The notes beneath the pieces are model-generated. The model was not told the DNA's origin and did no database searches. It worked only from the letters and a program-made list of their open reading frames with translations. A stretch of 61,192 nt of DNA, filler included, from Jimgerdemannia flammicorona (lineage: Eukaryota): the NCBI GenBank assembly GCA_003990765.1. It is 2 parts of 2 records of this genome, joined end to end, with 100 filler letters (N's around TTAATTAATTAA, not from the genome) between each part and the next. Parts side by side here need not be neighbours in the genome. Positions count along the whole stretch, not along the records: positions 30,654 to 61,192 come from RBNJ01000441.1; 1 more part is not named here. One strand, written 5' to 3'. Shown piece by piece: positions 49,400 to 61,192 of the stretch (the stretch's first letter is position 1; each line of letters starts with the position of its first letter). A program made the translations under genes and the position numbers.

Positions 49400-51630
49400 T
49401 ATCTATCTTGCTTGCAGAATATACTACTTAATATGCTACTTGGTTATCTTATATGCTATTTATCTTTTTATTTGATAATGTTCTAGCTCAATGTTTAGTT
49501 CAACTACTGTTTGATTTGTTTATATTTCCCATTTTATCAGGTTGGAGTTCACATATTGCTGAAGTTTCTGTATCATGAGCTATTGGTCACATAACTGGTC
49601 ATTTGGAATAGCAAAATAGTTAAAGGACATTTTTACACAGTTTCTAGTAGTCTTAAGGTGGCAATTATCCTGGTATTCTTAGCTAAGTTTTCTGGTACAT
49701 TTTTTGGGTTCTCTATATTTTCTGGTACCATTCTGATATTTTCCAGGAGTCTTCTCTATGGTGGCAGCAGTTTGTATCTTGAATTTCATAACAATTTTTG
49801 AGGGAGTAGTGAAATAACAATTGATCTGTTCATTATTCTTAAGTTTCTGTTAGTTTTTCTATATTCTTTAGTAGTCTAGCATATCCTTTGGTTGTTCTGG
49901 AGTTTCCAGGGGTTTGAATTCTAATAGTGGTCATTGACTTACTAACTATAGTAATGTTTCCTTATCTGGCAGATTTTGTAGCAGTTTCTAATTCTTCAAA
50001 CTCAAACCTCAAGTAATTGTTGCTTTAGTTATCTTGGTAATTCCTTAGATTTATTTCAATCTCTTGAAGACAGTGGGTTTCACTATAATCCCTTTTACTT
50101 TAAACTTAAACTGACTGAGGTTTATTCACTCTTGTCTTTTGGGATATTTATACATATTTCTGCTATGCCCTAGTGGCAAGGTCTGGATAAACTATTGGTT
50201 TGCCAGTAGTAGTACATTAGTGGCAAAGACTATACTAATTGAGTAAGATCAGAACACTCTTGTTCTATATAACTTGCAAAGAATGTTTAGGTAATGGGGG
50301 GCTATTCTATATTTGGCTAAACTATAACACACTTATATGGTAGTGGTACTAACTAAATTGGGTAAGGCAGAAATACCTTTGTTCTATACTACTGATAAAG
50401 AATATTGATCTCTATCTTAAAGGTATACTACTCTTTACCAGTAGCAAGTGAATCATCTTACTGAGTTATGACTTTATCATACTGCTCTTTAAAGAGAGGA
50501 AGTGCTGGCTAAGAGGTGAGGGGATAGAATAGTGGCCAATCATCTTTAATAATATTTTTTAATCCTTATATAGCTTGAAGATAGACTGAAGACTGGTAGA
50601 TCCTTTGTTGTTCTTCTTTTAATAATTCATTAATTTGGATATCTTGAGATACTATGGCAGTTTCAATGGTAGAGTCTTGGTATTCTTCTTTGTTTTAGAC
50701 AGAAACTTCTGGGACTTTTTGGTTCAGTTCCTATATAATATAATGTGATATATAACTGATAAGATAGTGGGTGGTGGTGGTAGCTCCTATAGGTACTTTG
50801 ACAGTAATGAGTGATCCTTCAAAGATTTCTTGGAGACCCATCAGATGGTTTTGATGATTGTCTCAGAGAGGGATGGTATGAAAGCCTGGTAGAGTGAGTT
50901 CAGTTAATCAACTTCCTCAATAATACAGTTGCTCCCAATATAATTAGCAACTTTAGTTCCTACTCAATTGACTTCTTCAGTAGTAAGGTAGACTATATTT
51001 CTAGTAGTAACTCCTTATAAGTAAGCTATAGTCCAGGATATATAGCAGAAGATTTGGTAGATACAAAGAGCTCTCTTGATCAGCTGGTTGATGGTTAATA
51101 CATAGTTTGACAATAAGGTATTTCTGGTCATCTTATTGAGTTTCATTGTGGAGGTATTGTCCAATTTCATAGTTATGCCAGAGAGTTATTTAGTCAGTAG
51201 TATTCTTGAGCTGCTGGGTCATTAAGTAGTAGTAGTTGATAAAATATCCAAGATCTTCAGTATAGAAGTTCAGATACTCAGTAGTGTCAGGGCAATAGAT
51301 AGCCATTTTGATGACTTTGAGGACAAGACTCTTCAGACTTAATAAAGAAGTACTGTAGCAGAATGTCTGATTGAAGTGGTATAAAGGAGATATTGTGATA
51401 TTATTTGTTCTAATTCTTTTTGATACACTAAGTCTAGATTCTTTAAATAATTTAGCCTTCATTTTAGCTCAGATTACTATTACTCCTTTTGGTCAGATCA
51501 CCTGATGGGTTAAGTGAGTCATCAGATAGTAGTATCTGATTTTCATTTCATAAGATTGGGGTTATTAGCTAAATATTGTGATTATAAGATCTGTCATCAT
51601 TACTCCTTATTCCAGTATTATCAGTTATAT
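49400..51630 (-). mobile_element. Third Gypsy-family long-LTR remnant carrying a homologue of the LTR ORF; boundaries approximate
   Basis: Minus-strand gtataaata..gagtgaataaa module (~50121-50152), as in the Gypsy-1/2 LTRs. ~51306-50600 translates to a homologue of the Gypsy-2 LTR ORF. Confidence 0.6.
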
Positions 51631-51639
51631 ATTTTATAA

Positions 51640-53386
51640 TATATCTAGATAGACTTCTTTATAAACTCAGTATCTGGGTTCTTATAGCTATCTAGCAATT
51701 TCTTATCTCCTCTAAATAGACAGACTCAGTTAAGTATAAATTTAAAGTCAATCTATATAGTAATCTCCTCAAAGTCTTCATCCTCTCTACTAGTCTGATA
51801 TAATATATATTATCAATTTCTCTCATCTCACTATCTTTTTCCTTAAGGCTATCTACTTTTCATTCTCAAATACATACAATCAGTATTTAGCCAACCTCAC
51901 TTATACTATCAAATAGTAAATTACTTATTACTAATATACTCTACCAACTGCTCTCTCAAGTTATCCCATTTTCTTCTCTCTCTATTATCTGACTGTCTCA
52001 TATCCAACTATTGCTCAGAGGTTACTAAGTTCTTTATACTTATTCAGTTAATATTCAGGTATCTGTATAATTTCTCTCTCCTACTCTACATTATAATAAT
52101 TCTCATACTCAAAACTCTCTCTTTCTAGCAAGTATCTTAATCAGAAGTTTAATATAATATTTCTTCTCAAGATATACTACTATACTACTCAGACTTTTAA
52201 AGAAAGCCACTGCCATACAGCTTTTTTCTCCACCACTATACCAGTCATATAGTTTTGGCAGTCAATTATCTGGGTCTCCTTTTTTCTAACTTCTCACCTA
52301 CTACCCTCATGTAGTTTGCTGTACCTGTATAAGTGTAGTGAAAGAATGGCAATAATGATGAGTTGCTCTTTTATTAGTGTCCAATTGATATCTTCTCTAC
52401 TTTTTTGTAGTTTTTGGTACCTCTGGCAGTATCTGAAGTATACTTATTTTAGTGGGGTGCCTTCTTTCTTTTGCTATCACTAATAAAGTGTCATCTCAGT
52501 ATATTATAGATTATGTAGGGAGTTAGCTGACCTTTGGTATCAAGTGCTCAGTATAGATTACTTATAGGTCCTCAGTACCTATAATAGGGCTCTCTGGCTT
52601 TGACAAGCTTCCTGGTGAGTATAGTTCTAGTATAGGTGATTGTTTTTTTGGATGATATTGGGATAGTAAGAGTGATGGCTATCACAGATAGAAGGAAGGA
52701 CAATAATAGTAGACCAGTAGGGTACTAAGCTGGGGCAGTCATTGGAGCTGGAGTGGGTACTGCTTTAGTGGGGCTATTTGATTGATATAGAGTAGTTAGG
52801 TGGTAGGTATCACTCTTGACTACTTTTGGCAATTTGTGGAATTGGGTCCTGATTATTGGAGGTAGCTGGGGGACCTGAGACTACTTAGGTTAGATATCTT
52901 AGCTGCACTTACCTGAAACTAAAAACTGACATAATAATATAATTGAGGTCTGTAGGCTTGAGTAGTAGAGTATTGGGGGTCTCCTCTTGCCTCACATATA
53001 AGTTCTTTATATATCTTACTTGGAAGAACTAGGCTCTATCCACTGTTCTGTATTTTGAGGAGTATTTTTCTTTATCTGTCATTTCTACTTAGGGTAAGTA
53101 TGACCTTGTATATCTGTTGGAGTTTTGGGCATATGCCTTTGGTTGTTAGTATATGGTTGAGTTCTCTCTGATAGTAGGGAGAGCATAGTATATAGAATGA
53201 GATATGGGCCACTTTTGGTCCTACTGTATCTAGTATAGTTGAGCCACTGGACAATAGCTAGCCTAGATTCAATAAGTGGACAGTGCTTGATAGGTGGTTG
53301 AGGAGGGTTTTGGCCTATATAGTCTAGGTTCCCTTCTAATAAAAATCTGCAGGACTTTAAGTCCATTAAAAAAAAAAAAAAAAAAA

Positions 53387-53420
<34 letters not shown>
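51640..53420 (+). mobile_element. LINE family B 3' part, copy C, with long poly(A)
   Basis: 52220-53367 matches the reverse complement of copies A and B; poly(A) 53368-53419. 5' boundary approximate. Confidence 0.75.
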
Positions 53421-53421
<1 letters not shown>

Positions 53422-53619
53422 AACAACAGAAAGCCACTGCTAGACCTCAGTATTCTAAGACCAGACTCTAGCTCATTAATACCTACTGACTGCCAGCCTA
53501 TTTGGCAGAGATTCTAGCTTACTCTCTATTAATAAGTAAATATAATCTATTAAATTAGTATTATATATTATTTTATAATTATTTTTAATTAATAACTATT
53601 TTAATAAGTAACTAATATT

Positions 53620-53720
53620 ATTGAACTTATATAGATTATATATTTTACACATTACCAATAAATGATATAAAACTGATAAAAAAGCATAAGATCATATATT
53701 GATATATTAAGTTACTATCA
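53620..53720 (-). repeat. Copia-LTR-like fragment related to 8872-8992
   Basis: Reverse complement gtaacttaatatatcaatatatgatc..tttatatcatttattggtaatgtgtaaaatatat matches 8882-8963. Confidence 0.65.
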
Positions 53721-53724
53721 TCTA

Positions 53725-56700
53725 CCAGATGTCTAGCATGGAAATTCAATATAACATTCCTCCACACCATCTGCCACCATACTATCCAGAACTTGAGAGG
53801 AAGCCACCTCAACACCTCAGCACTCTATGACCAGACTCCTTCCCATTCTCACTTCTCATCAATTCTCACTGCCTGCCAACTGCTTGGCCAAAGATCCTGA
53901 TCAAGTCCCCACTGATACTCCACTCTATCACCAATATCAAACTCAGCAAGTGGAGCACCCCCCAAAAGCTGTCTGTCCCATCTCCATATTGCTGGTCCCC
54001 ACAGCATCTCTCTCTCATTGCTAAGCCAACACAGGCCTATATAGTGAGCACCATCTACCACCTTCCATCAGAAGCCTTTATACCATAGTCATTGGCTTCT
54101 ACCCAGATCCACCAGAGATAGCAAATCTTCTGAGAACTCTTGTAGAGAGAATCCCATCTCCCATACCTTCTGCATCAGCAACACCCATCCCCCTCCCTGT
54201 AGTTCAATAGTCTGTTTCAACTACTAAGCTCTCAGACAGTTCAGCCTCTTAGGAAAATCTATCAGTTCTAGCCCCTCATGAACCACCAGTATTGCAAGGG
54301 TATCCCAACTAATCTGGGACTGCCTCTCTACCCAAATCCAATCCCTAGCTAGTTTCATCAGTCTCTTTACCACCCAAGCTGGGAAATCTAAATAATAAGC
54401 AATATACTATAGCTTGGGGAACCAGTAGACATTCAGAATTAATACCTGGCCTGTCAGAGAGATGTAGTTACCTCTCTAATCTCTAAGAGCTTCCTCTCAG
54501 ATGGCCGCTCTTCTCTCCCACCACACTTATTGCAAGATAGATCCATATACTGAAAGAAAGATGTCCAAATACCACACTATCTCTCCTGTTGGAACAATTG
54601 TTCCAATGACATCCTCTCCCACTAGCCTATTTTCCAGCACCATTGTCTCACACTTATGTCAGTTGAGGTTTGCTCTAGAGTATGTCTCATACCATTCCAC
54701 CATCTCCTTAAGCATCTCAACATCTGCTACTAAACTAAGTCCAACTACCATGTTATCTGCAAAGGCCCTCACCTTCCACACTATACTATAGATAGAGAGC
54801 CCTGCTACTCTCCATCAAATCCTATCTATCAAAGGTTTTAAGGAAAGGGTATAAAGAATAGGACACAGTGGATCATTCTGAGGAATCCCTCTCCCCAAGA
54901 GAAATACCAGATCCCAGTAACTATTACACATCAGTACCACCCAACTACCCTCCAAAAGATTCTATATAGAAGCATGAAATCATATGGGAACACCAATTCT
55001 ATCTAGCATCTTGCCCAGCCACACCCACCAAATGTGGTCATAGGTCTTTTTCTAGTCCAAAAAGAACAGTCTCCCATCTAATCTATAAGCTTGTGCCTCT
55101 TCAATAATGCCATGAACCCAGGCTGTCCCATCTCTAATAAGTCTGCATCTAACAAAGCCCTGCTACTCCTCACCCAGTACCTATTGGACAACCTTCCATA
55201 ACCTCATAACAATCACCTTAGTCACCATCTTCCTGTCCATATTCAGAAGTATGATTGGTCTTCAGTTCTTCCAGTCCTCCCTCCTTCCCTTGTCCTTGTA
55301 CAACAAGACACCAGCTCTAAGTCCAGCTCTCTAACATACTCACCATTCAGAAGAACAAGGTTACAGAGGGCTGCCATCTCCCCTAACACCCCAAGTATCT
55401 TTACTATCTTCTTCCAAAAGTTCCAAGGGAGCCCATCCTCTCCTGGTGCTGTCCTAAGCTTAGTTGCTGCTAGGACTCTCTATATCTCCTCCTCTTGGAC
55501 TAGTAGGATCAAGTCTCTAAGGCTCTCTACTTGCAGTGGTTCCCAATCCTCCAGCATGTATCCAATTGCCTCTGCATCAGCACCCCCTTTCTCCTCACTC
55601 TACAGACCCCTCCACCACTCCTTCAGTAACCTCAAGATCTGTTGCATGCTATGTACTATTTCTCCCTCTGCATCAAGAACTCCATCCCATTGATGTTACA
55701 CCCTTCTAGCCTAGAGGAGTCATGACAAGTATCTAGTAGGCCTCCCCTCCTCCTCAAGCCCCTGCCATCTCAGCCTAGCTGCGATTCCTTTCATATGCAT
55801 CTTCTCCTCCTCTCTTAGTACCTATTGTAGCTCCACCACCTCCAATTTCACTTGCACCAATCTCCAATCATCCACCTCTCCAGAATTTATCAAATCAGCC
55901 CATTCCATCTACAATCTAGTCAACTTATTTGAAGCACACCTCACCCTTTTCCTTCTCTGCCTCACAGCATCTCTACCAGCCCCTCTCCAGTAAACCCTCA
56001 TAGCCTCTTTCAACTTTATCCAGCAGACACTCACTGGCAAACCCTCATATATCTAGCTAACAATCTTTGCTTGGATGTCCTCTATCCATGGGTCCTATAA
56101 TATCATCTCTGCCAGCAGGGAGGAGTTAAGGCACCAATGTCCAGGTCCATCTCCACTCCCCCCAAACTGCTCCTGCCCTAATATATTCAAGTGGTCTGAC
56201 CCCAGGCACTACTCCACCTCCAGAGTCTTCCAAACATCCATGCCCCAGTATTCAGCTATCAGGATCCAGTCAATCCTTGTACCTAGTCTATTCACCCAGT
56301 GTGTGTAAATCCTCTTTTCTCCCCACCATATTCTGCTCATATCTCCTGAAGAGCTAAGGGTATCTACCTCCTCCTATGCATCCAAGCCACCACTCCTCCC
56401 ACCAGCACTCCTCCCTACATCAGTTCTATCTAATTGCAGGTTTTACACCATATTGAAGCCCTCTCCCAGAACATCTACTCTCTCCTCCAAAAGAATGCCC
56501 TTTTCAAACAGACCCTTAATCCATGCAATCTGCTCACCCCTAGCCACTGGGCAGTAGCAGGAGCCAACTCTCACTGGCTCCCACCCAGGTTGATGCCATT
56601 CCCCCCATACCAATCAGTCCTGATTCCACCTAAATCCCCTCTACTACTCTGCACCAAAATTGCCACTTTATCAATCCAAGCTATAGCTCCTATGCATTTC

Positions 56701-58964
56701 CTAGTCCACTATATGCAGAAAGAGATCAGCCTCCAATCCCTTAAGCCAAGTGAAAATGATCTTATGCCACACAGATCCCCATAGTCCATTCATATTCAGA
56801 GAAAAAAATGTTAGTTGTACTGTTTATTTGGAATAATGTTTAGAAGTAAGATCCTGCTCATTCTCTACAAATCCACATTCCTTCCCTCCTATATCAAGTC
56901 TAAGTTATGTTCAGTAGCCAATTCCACCTCTTCAGTCTCCTTCATCTCCAATTCCACCAGAAGTTCAGCCATCTCCTCATCCTCCTTTTCCTTGGAGTCC
57001 TCATGATACTTTAGGCAGGCCTCCTGCCAGAGTTTCAGACTATGATGCTCTGCCCAACAGAAGGCAGCCTGCTCACCAGCAACAACTGCCAGCTCAGCCT
57101 CCCTTTCCTTATCAACCTCATACCCCTCCTTCTCCAGAAGAATTGCAAGCACCTCCATCTTCAGTACTGCCACTACCCCATCACCATGTAAGATCAGTAC
57201 CCAATGCTCCTCACTCATCACTCTCAGGTCCACTTCTCCCAACTCCTCAGCTGCAAAGTTATTTGTCATCCAGTATATCCACAGTAGGTTCCCCACCTTC
57301 TTCCCTCCTGGCATCACTAGCCTTCCAGCATCAGCATCATGGTATCTGCTACTGTACTTGTAGTCTCATCCCACTCCTCCACCAGCTCATACTTACCAAC
57401 TGCCACTACTTGGCCCCCTTTCACCATATCAGGAACTCCAAAGTGTACTCTCTGGGCACTGTGCATTAGTATATCCTCTGCTGCCCTGCTCTTCACTACT
57501 GGACTCCTCCTGACAAGAGAGGGAGTGTCCTCCAAGACTTATTCCCAGACTTCAAGTATACCATCTGTATAAGAGTCATTGTATGATATCTTCCCAGCCC
57601 CATCCAGGCCCTCCTTCACTTCCCCTCCTCCCTTACTAGTCCAGACACTCGCTTCAGTGCCCCCAGACTCCTCAGTGCTACCAGCATTCTTCTTTACCCC
57701 TCCAGTCATGCACACCAATATCTCCCTCTATCTTTACACCCTTGAGCCCTCTCCCACTGCCTCTTGTCAGTGCAAATATGTTTCCCATCCACAATCTCCA
57801 AATGTTTTGACTCTACATATGTCTTTCATATCTTTGTCCTCTGCTCTACTGCTCCACTCATCTCCTCCAGTATCTCTAACAGATCCTCCTTCTCCTCCTC
57901 ACTCTCTTTCACCATTGATATCTTACAAATGAAGGCCCCTCACAACATTACTAAAGACCAGTCACTTGTCTTTCCAGTGGCCTCTCTCTCAGCCAGCTGA
58001 ATCCTAGCATCAATATCTTCAGTCCTGAAAGTGGTCCCCTCTCACATCCAGAATCCAATATCCACCACCTCACCAGATTCTGCCTTTACCTCCTCAACCC
58101 TCCTCTTTGTCTCAACCATTATCACAGTAGGCACCCCCTTCACTAATAACTGAACCACTCTGGGGTCCCACCTCAGACAGCACACCATGGGGACCACTAC
58201 CTCATGTATAGCTACACTAGTCTTCATTACTTCTTCCAGTGGGTCCATCTTCTCAAAACCCACTTTGACTCTCTCCAGTCTCTTCAGGAACTTCGCTGAG
58301 GTAGCTCCCACCACTTGCTTTAAGATAATCTCCAGGACCATTCTTTTAGTCACTGCTAAGCCCCAGAAGTACAAGATTGCTATGAACTCTAAGATGATTT
58401 CTTGATTAATGGTGCCACCACTAGCCCTATAACACTATTGGCCAGGTCTCCCTTCCTCTTTGGTCTCATCAGCCCAGCTCTCCCATCAGTAGTCACATCT
58501 GGATTTTTTTCTAGATTCCCAGTCATGCCACTATTAGCAGTCTCTCCTCTACCACTAGCTGCTACTATGTATATCAGCCCTTCCACCCACCAGCCTAGAG
58601 GCTGAACCTCCTTCTCCTTCCCTCTGATTCCACTTCTCTCCTGCCTAACCTCCTCGAGATCCAACAGACCATCCTCTACTCTTCAGTATTTCAGCAAAGC
58701 TCCTCCCCCTCTGCCCTCCTGCCCTACCTCCAGTGCCACTTCTACTACCCAAGCTGTCCTGCCCCCTCAGACCACCAAAAGAGCCCATCTCCAATCTATA
58801 CCCTCATCTAATATGTTGCTAGTTGAAGGCCCCAGATCTATCAAACCTAGTACATATGTCAGCTTGCTCATCGGTTGCTATGGTCTTAGTATCTTTCTCT
58901 AATAAATGGCTTGAAAGTATATTATAAGAGTGTGTGTAATGTGAATGGTAGCTAAGAAAGATAT
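53725..58964 (-). mobile_element. LINE family A, near full-length, heavily mutated
   Basis: Homologous over ORF1 (NLEKNPDV; WDPRVVQLLVKGVPTV; AAEELGEVDLRVMSEEHW) and ORF2 to 35238-40480; 5' UTR motif at ~58945-58960. Confidence 0.92.
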
Positions 58965-59092
58965 CCCCCTATATTGCAACTCACTGTACCCACCAAGTCC
59001 TTGCCAAGACTCACCCATACTCTAAAAGGTAGACATTTAAGTATCTCACCACCTCTCTAGTATAGATAATTGTTTCAATGACATCCCCTCCA
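58965..59092 (-). mobile_element. Small LINE-A RT fragment between two divergently oriented LINEs
   Basis: Reverse complement resembles 39610-39730 (region of the YLG motif). Confidence 0.55.
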
Positions 59093-61192
59093 CGTGCATC
59101 TTTCTCCGGTAACATTCAGGTTACACAAGACTCAGACAACACTTTCTACAATGTTTTTGGTGTCCAGCGACTAACAACATGGATGGCAACGATCGATCTG
59201 ATGAGCGTACTGGCCAGGGGGGTGGTGGCGCCTTTGGCTGGCAGCAGGTGGGGAGGAGGGGAGATGGTTTGGGGATGCCAGGGGCCTCGATGGCTAGCTG
59301 GGGCCCCAGCGGTGGAGGAAGGGGAGGGCTGAGGCAGAGAGGAGGGGAGAGGACGACCTTTGCTGACAAGGTCAGGATGGGGGCGATGGCTTCTGGGCTG
59401 GATAGTTGGCTTGGCCTGGGGAAGGCGTCGGTGACCACTACCGGGGGACAAGGAGGTGTACCCCAGGGTGCTTCTGGGGGTAGGGAAGGGGCCGGAGTAG
59501 GGGATGGAGATGTGACGGCTGATGGGGCTGTGACTGGGGATCTGGCAAAAAATCCAGATGTGATGGTGGTTGGCAATTCGGGACTTGGAGTGGGCACGAG
59601 GCCCGGGGACCTGGCGGATGGGGTGACGGGCATGGTGTCGGCCCCATTACTCAAGAAGTTGAGGTCAGAATTCGTGGTCACAATGTGCTTCCGGGGCTTG
59701 GCAGTGACAGCGAGGATGATTTTGGGGCTGGTGGCACAGGAGGCTAAGGGTGCAGTGTTGGTGAAGTTTTTGAGGGAAAAGGAAGGGGTTGAAGTGGGGT
59801 TCGAGGAGGAGGATGCCTTGTTGGCAGCCATGGAGAAGGGGGTGATGGTTGGCAGGGTGGTGGTCCCTATGGCTCGGTGTATGCGCTGGGACCCCCGGGT
59901 GGTGCAGTTGACGGTGTTGGACCTCCCTACGGTGTTGAAGGAAAGGGCCAGGGGGTTGGTTGTAGAGGTGATAAAGGAGTATGACGAGATTGTAGACGTG
60001 GGGTTCAAGGTCTGGGAGGGCACGGAGCTTAGAACTGGAGACGTCGATGTCAGGGTGAGACTGGCTGGAAAGGAGAATACGGGGAAGTCAAGGGACTGGC
60101 CAGCAGCGCTGAGGTGGGGACCAATGGAGTGTAAGGTCGCTAGGGTGAAGGGGACTCAGGAGGAGGAGGAGGACTTGCTGGAAGCTCTGGAGGACCTGGA
60201 AGGGGCTGTTGCGAGGAGGAGATTAGCCTGGAAGGAGTTCGAGGCCAGGACAGTGGTGGGGGAGGTGGATGGGAAGAGGGTTCGGATGGAGAAAGGGGCC
60301 TGGGAGAAGATGCAGGGGATGAGGATTCAGAAGGAGTTGTTGGCAAAGTTGGATGGGGGTAGGGCTGGTGGAAGCTCCAGGGAGGGAGCTGCAGGGTTGT
60401 AGGAGAGTGTCTGGGCGGAAGGAGGAGAGATGGCCCAGGGCGGGGCTCTGATTGGAGGCGGGGAGGAGAGGGAGGTTAACCTGGAGGTGGATGCCGAAAT
60501 GGGGGATGGTGGGTGCCCTCAGTATAGTGTGCCGAATGGGGTGGGAGGTGAGGAGGAGCTGATGGATGTGCCGGATGAGGAGTGGGATGAGTCAGTAAGG
60601 AGGAGCGCATTGGTGGACCCCGAGGTGGATGGGGGACGAATTGCTCAGGGGGCAGCGGAGGCGGTCGATGAGGAGAAGTGGATGTGGAAGACCCTGGAAG
60701 GGGTAGCGGCTGAAGAGCTGGGGGGTGAGGACTTCAGGGTGATGGAGGAGAGGCATTGGGAGGAGATTCTGCGTGGGGAAGAGGTGCCGAGGAGGATGAG
60801 GAATGAGATCCTGGCGGTCCTCTTGGAGTCGGTTGAATATCAGGTTGATGATCGGTGTGAGGAGGAGCTTAGACAGATTGCGAGTGAGAGGGCACTTGTC
60901 TTGTGGAACTCAAGAAAGGGACTGGAGAAGTGGCATGCAGTCTGCTTAGATTATAGGGCAGATATGGAGGAGGTGGACAGGGTGGAGTGTCAGGAGATCT
61001 TGGGGGCACTGGATGCTCGGGATATCGAGGAGGGGGAAGTGGAAGCTGAGCGGCTCTTGGACTTGGCGAGGGATGAGATGAGCATGGAATTATAGGTTGG
61101 GGACTCTTCTACAATATCTATTCAATATGAACAGTACAACTAGGATATTCTCTTTGAATGTTAATGGGTTACGGGGGGCGGCTAGGAGGAAG
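59093..61192 (+). mobile_element. LINE family A, young copy, running off the window end
   Basis: ORF1 59179-61095 with a single in-frame TAG at 60400-60402. ORF2 starts at 61127 with MNSTTRIFSLNVNGLRG (APE N-terminus). Confidence 0.92.

Noticed and set aside
47940..53420. LINE-B copies B and C as a second tail-out dimer
   Set aside because: The copies differ in 3' UTR structure and length, lack a shared TSD and are separated by unrelated sequence; independent insertions are more likely.

Overview
This window is eukaryotic and almost certainly fungal. The introns, transposon types and host-gene architecture suggest an early-diverging fungus such as Mucoromycota, which is an inference. It is a dense nested cluster of decayed transposons with no clearly intact host gene. 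Main contents: (1) two full-length degenerate Ty3/Gypsy elements (9533-16272 and 32287-46981), both with a dUTPase between protease and RT, the same PBS and 4-bp ATAT target duplications, plus a third related LTR remnant; (2) an unrecognised accessory ORF that lies after integrase in one Gypsy but inside the 1.6-kb LTR of the other; (3) a ~9.2-kb tail-out palindromic dimer of an endonuclease-less Penelope-like retroelement (19522-28731); (4) several L1/Tx1-like LINE copies of different ages, one nested in a Gypsy with a 16-bp TSD, and 3' remnants of a second LINE family; (5) Copia, hAT and MITE remnants; (6) two host pseudogenes, a heme peroxidase-DOMON-cytochrome b561-cytochrome b5-reductase fusion and a Na+/K+-type P-type ATPase; (7) an artificial scaffold spacer at 30554-30653. 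Repeats show heavy C>T/G>A erosion at CpG and CpA. All translations and alignments were done by eye.
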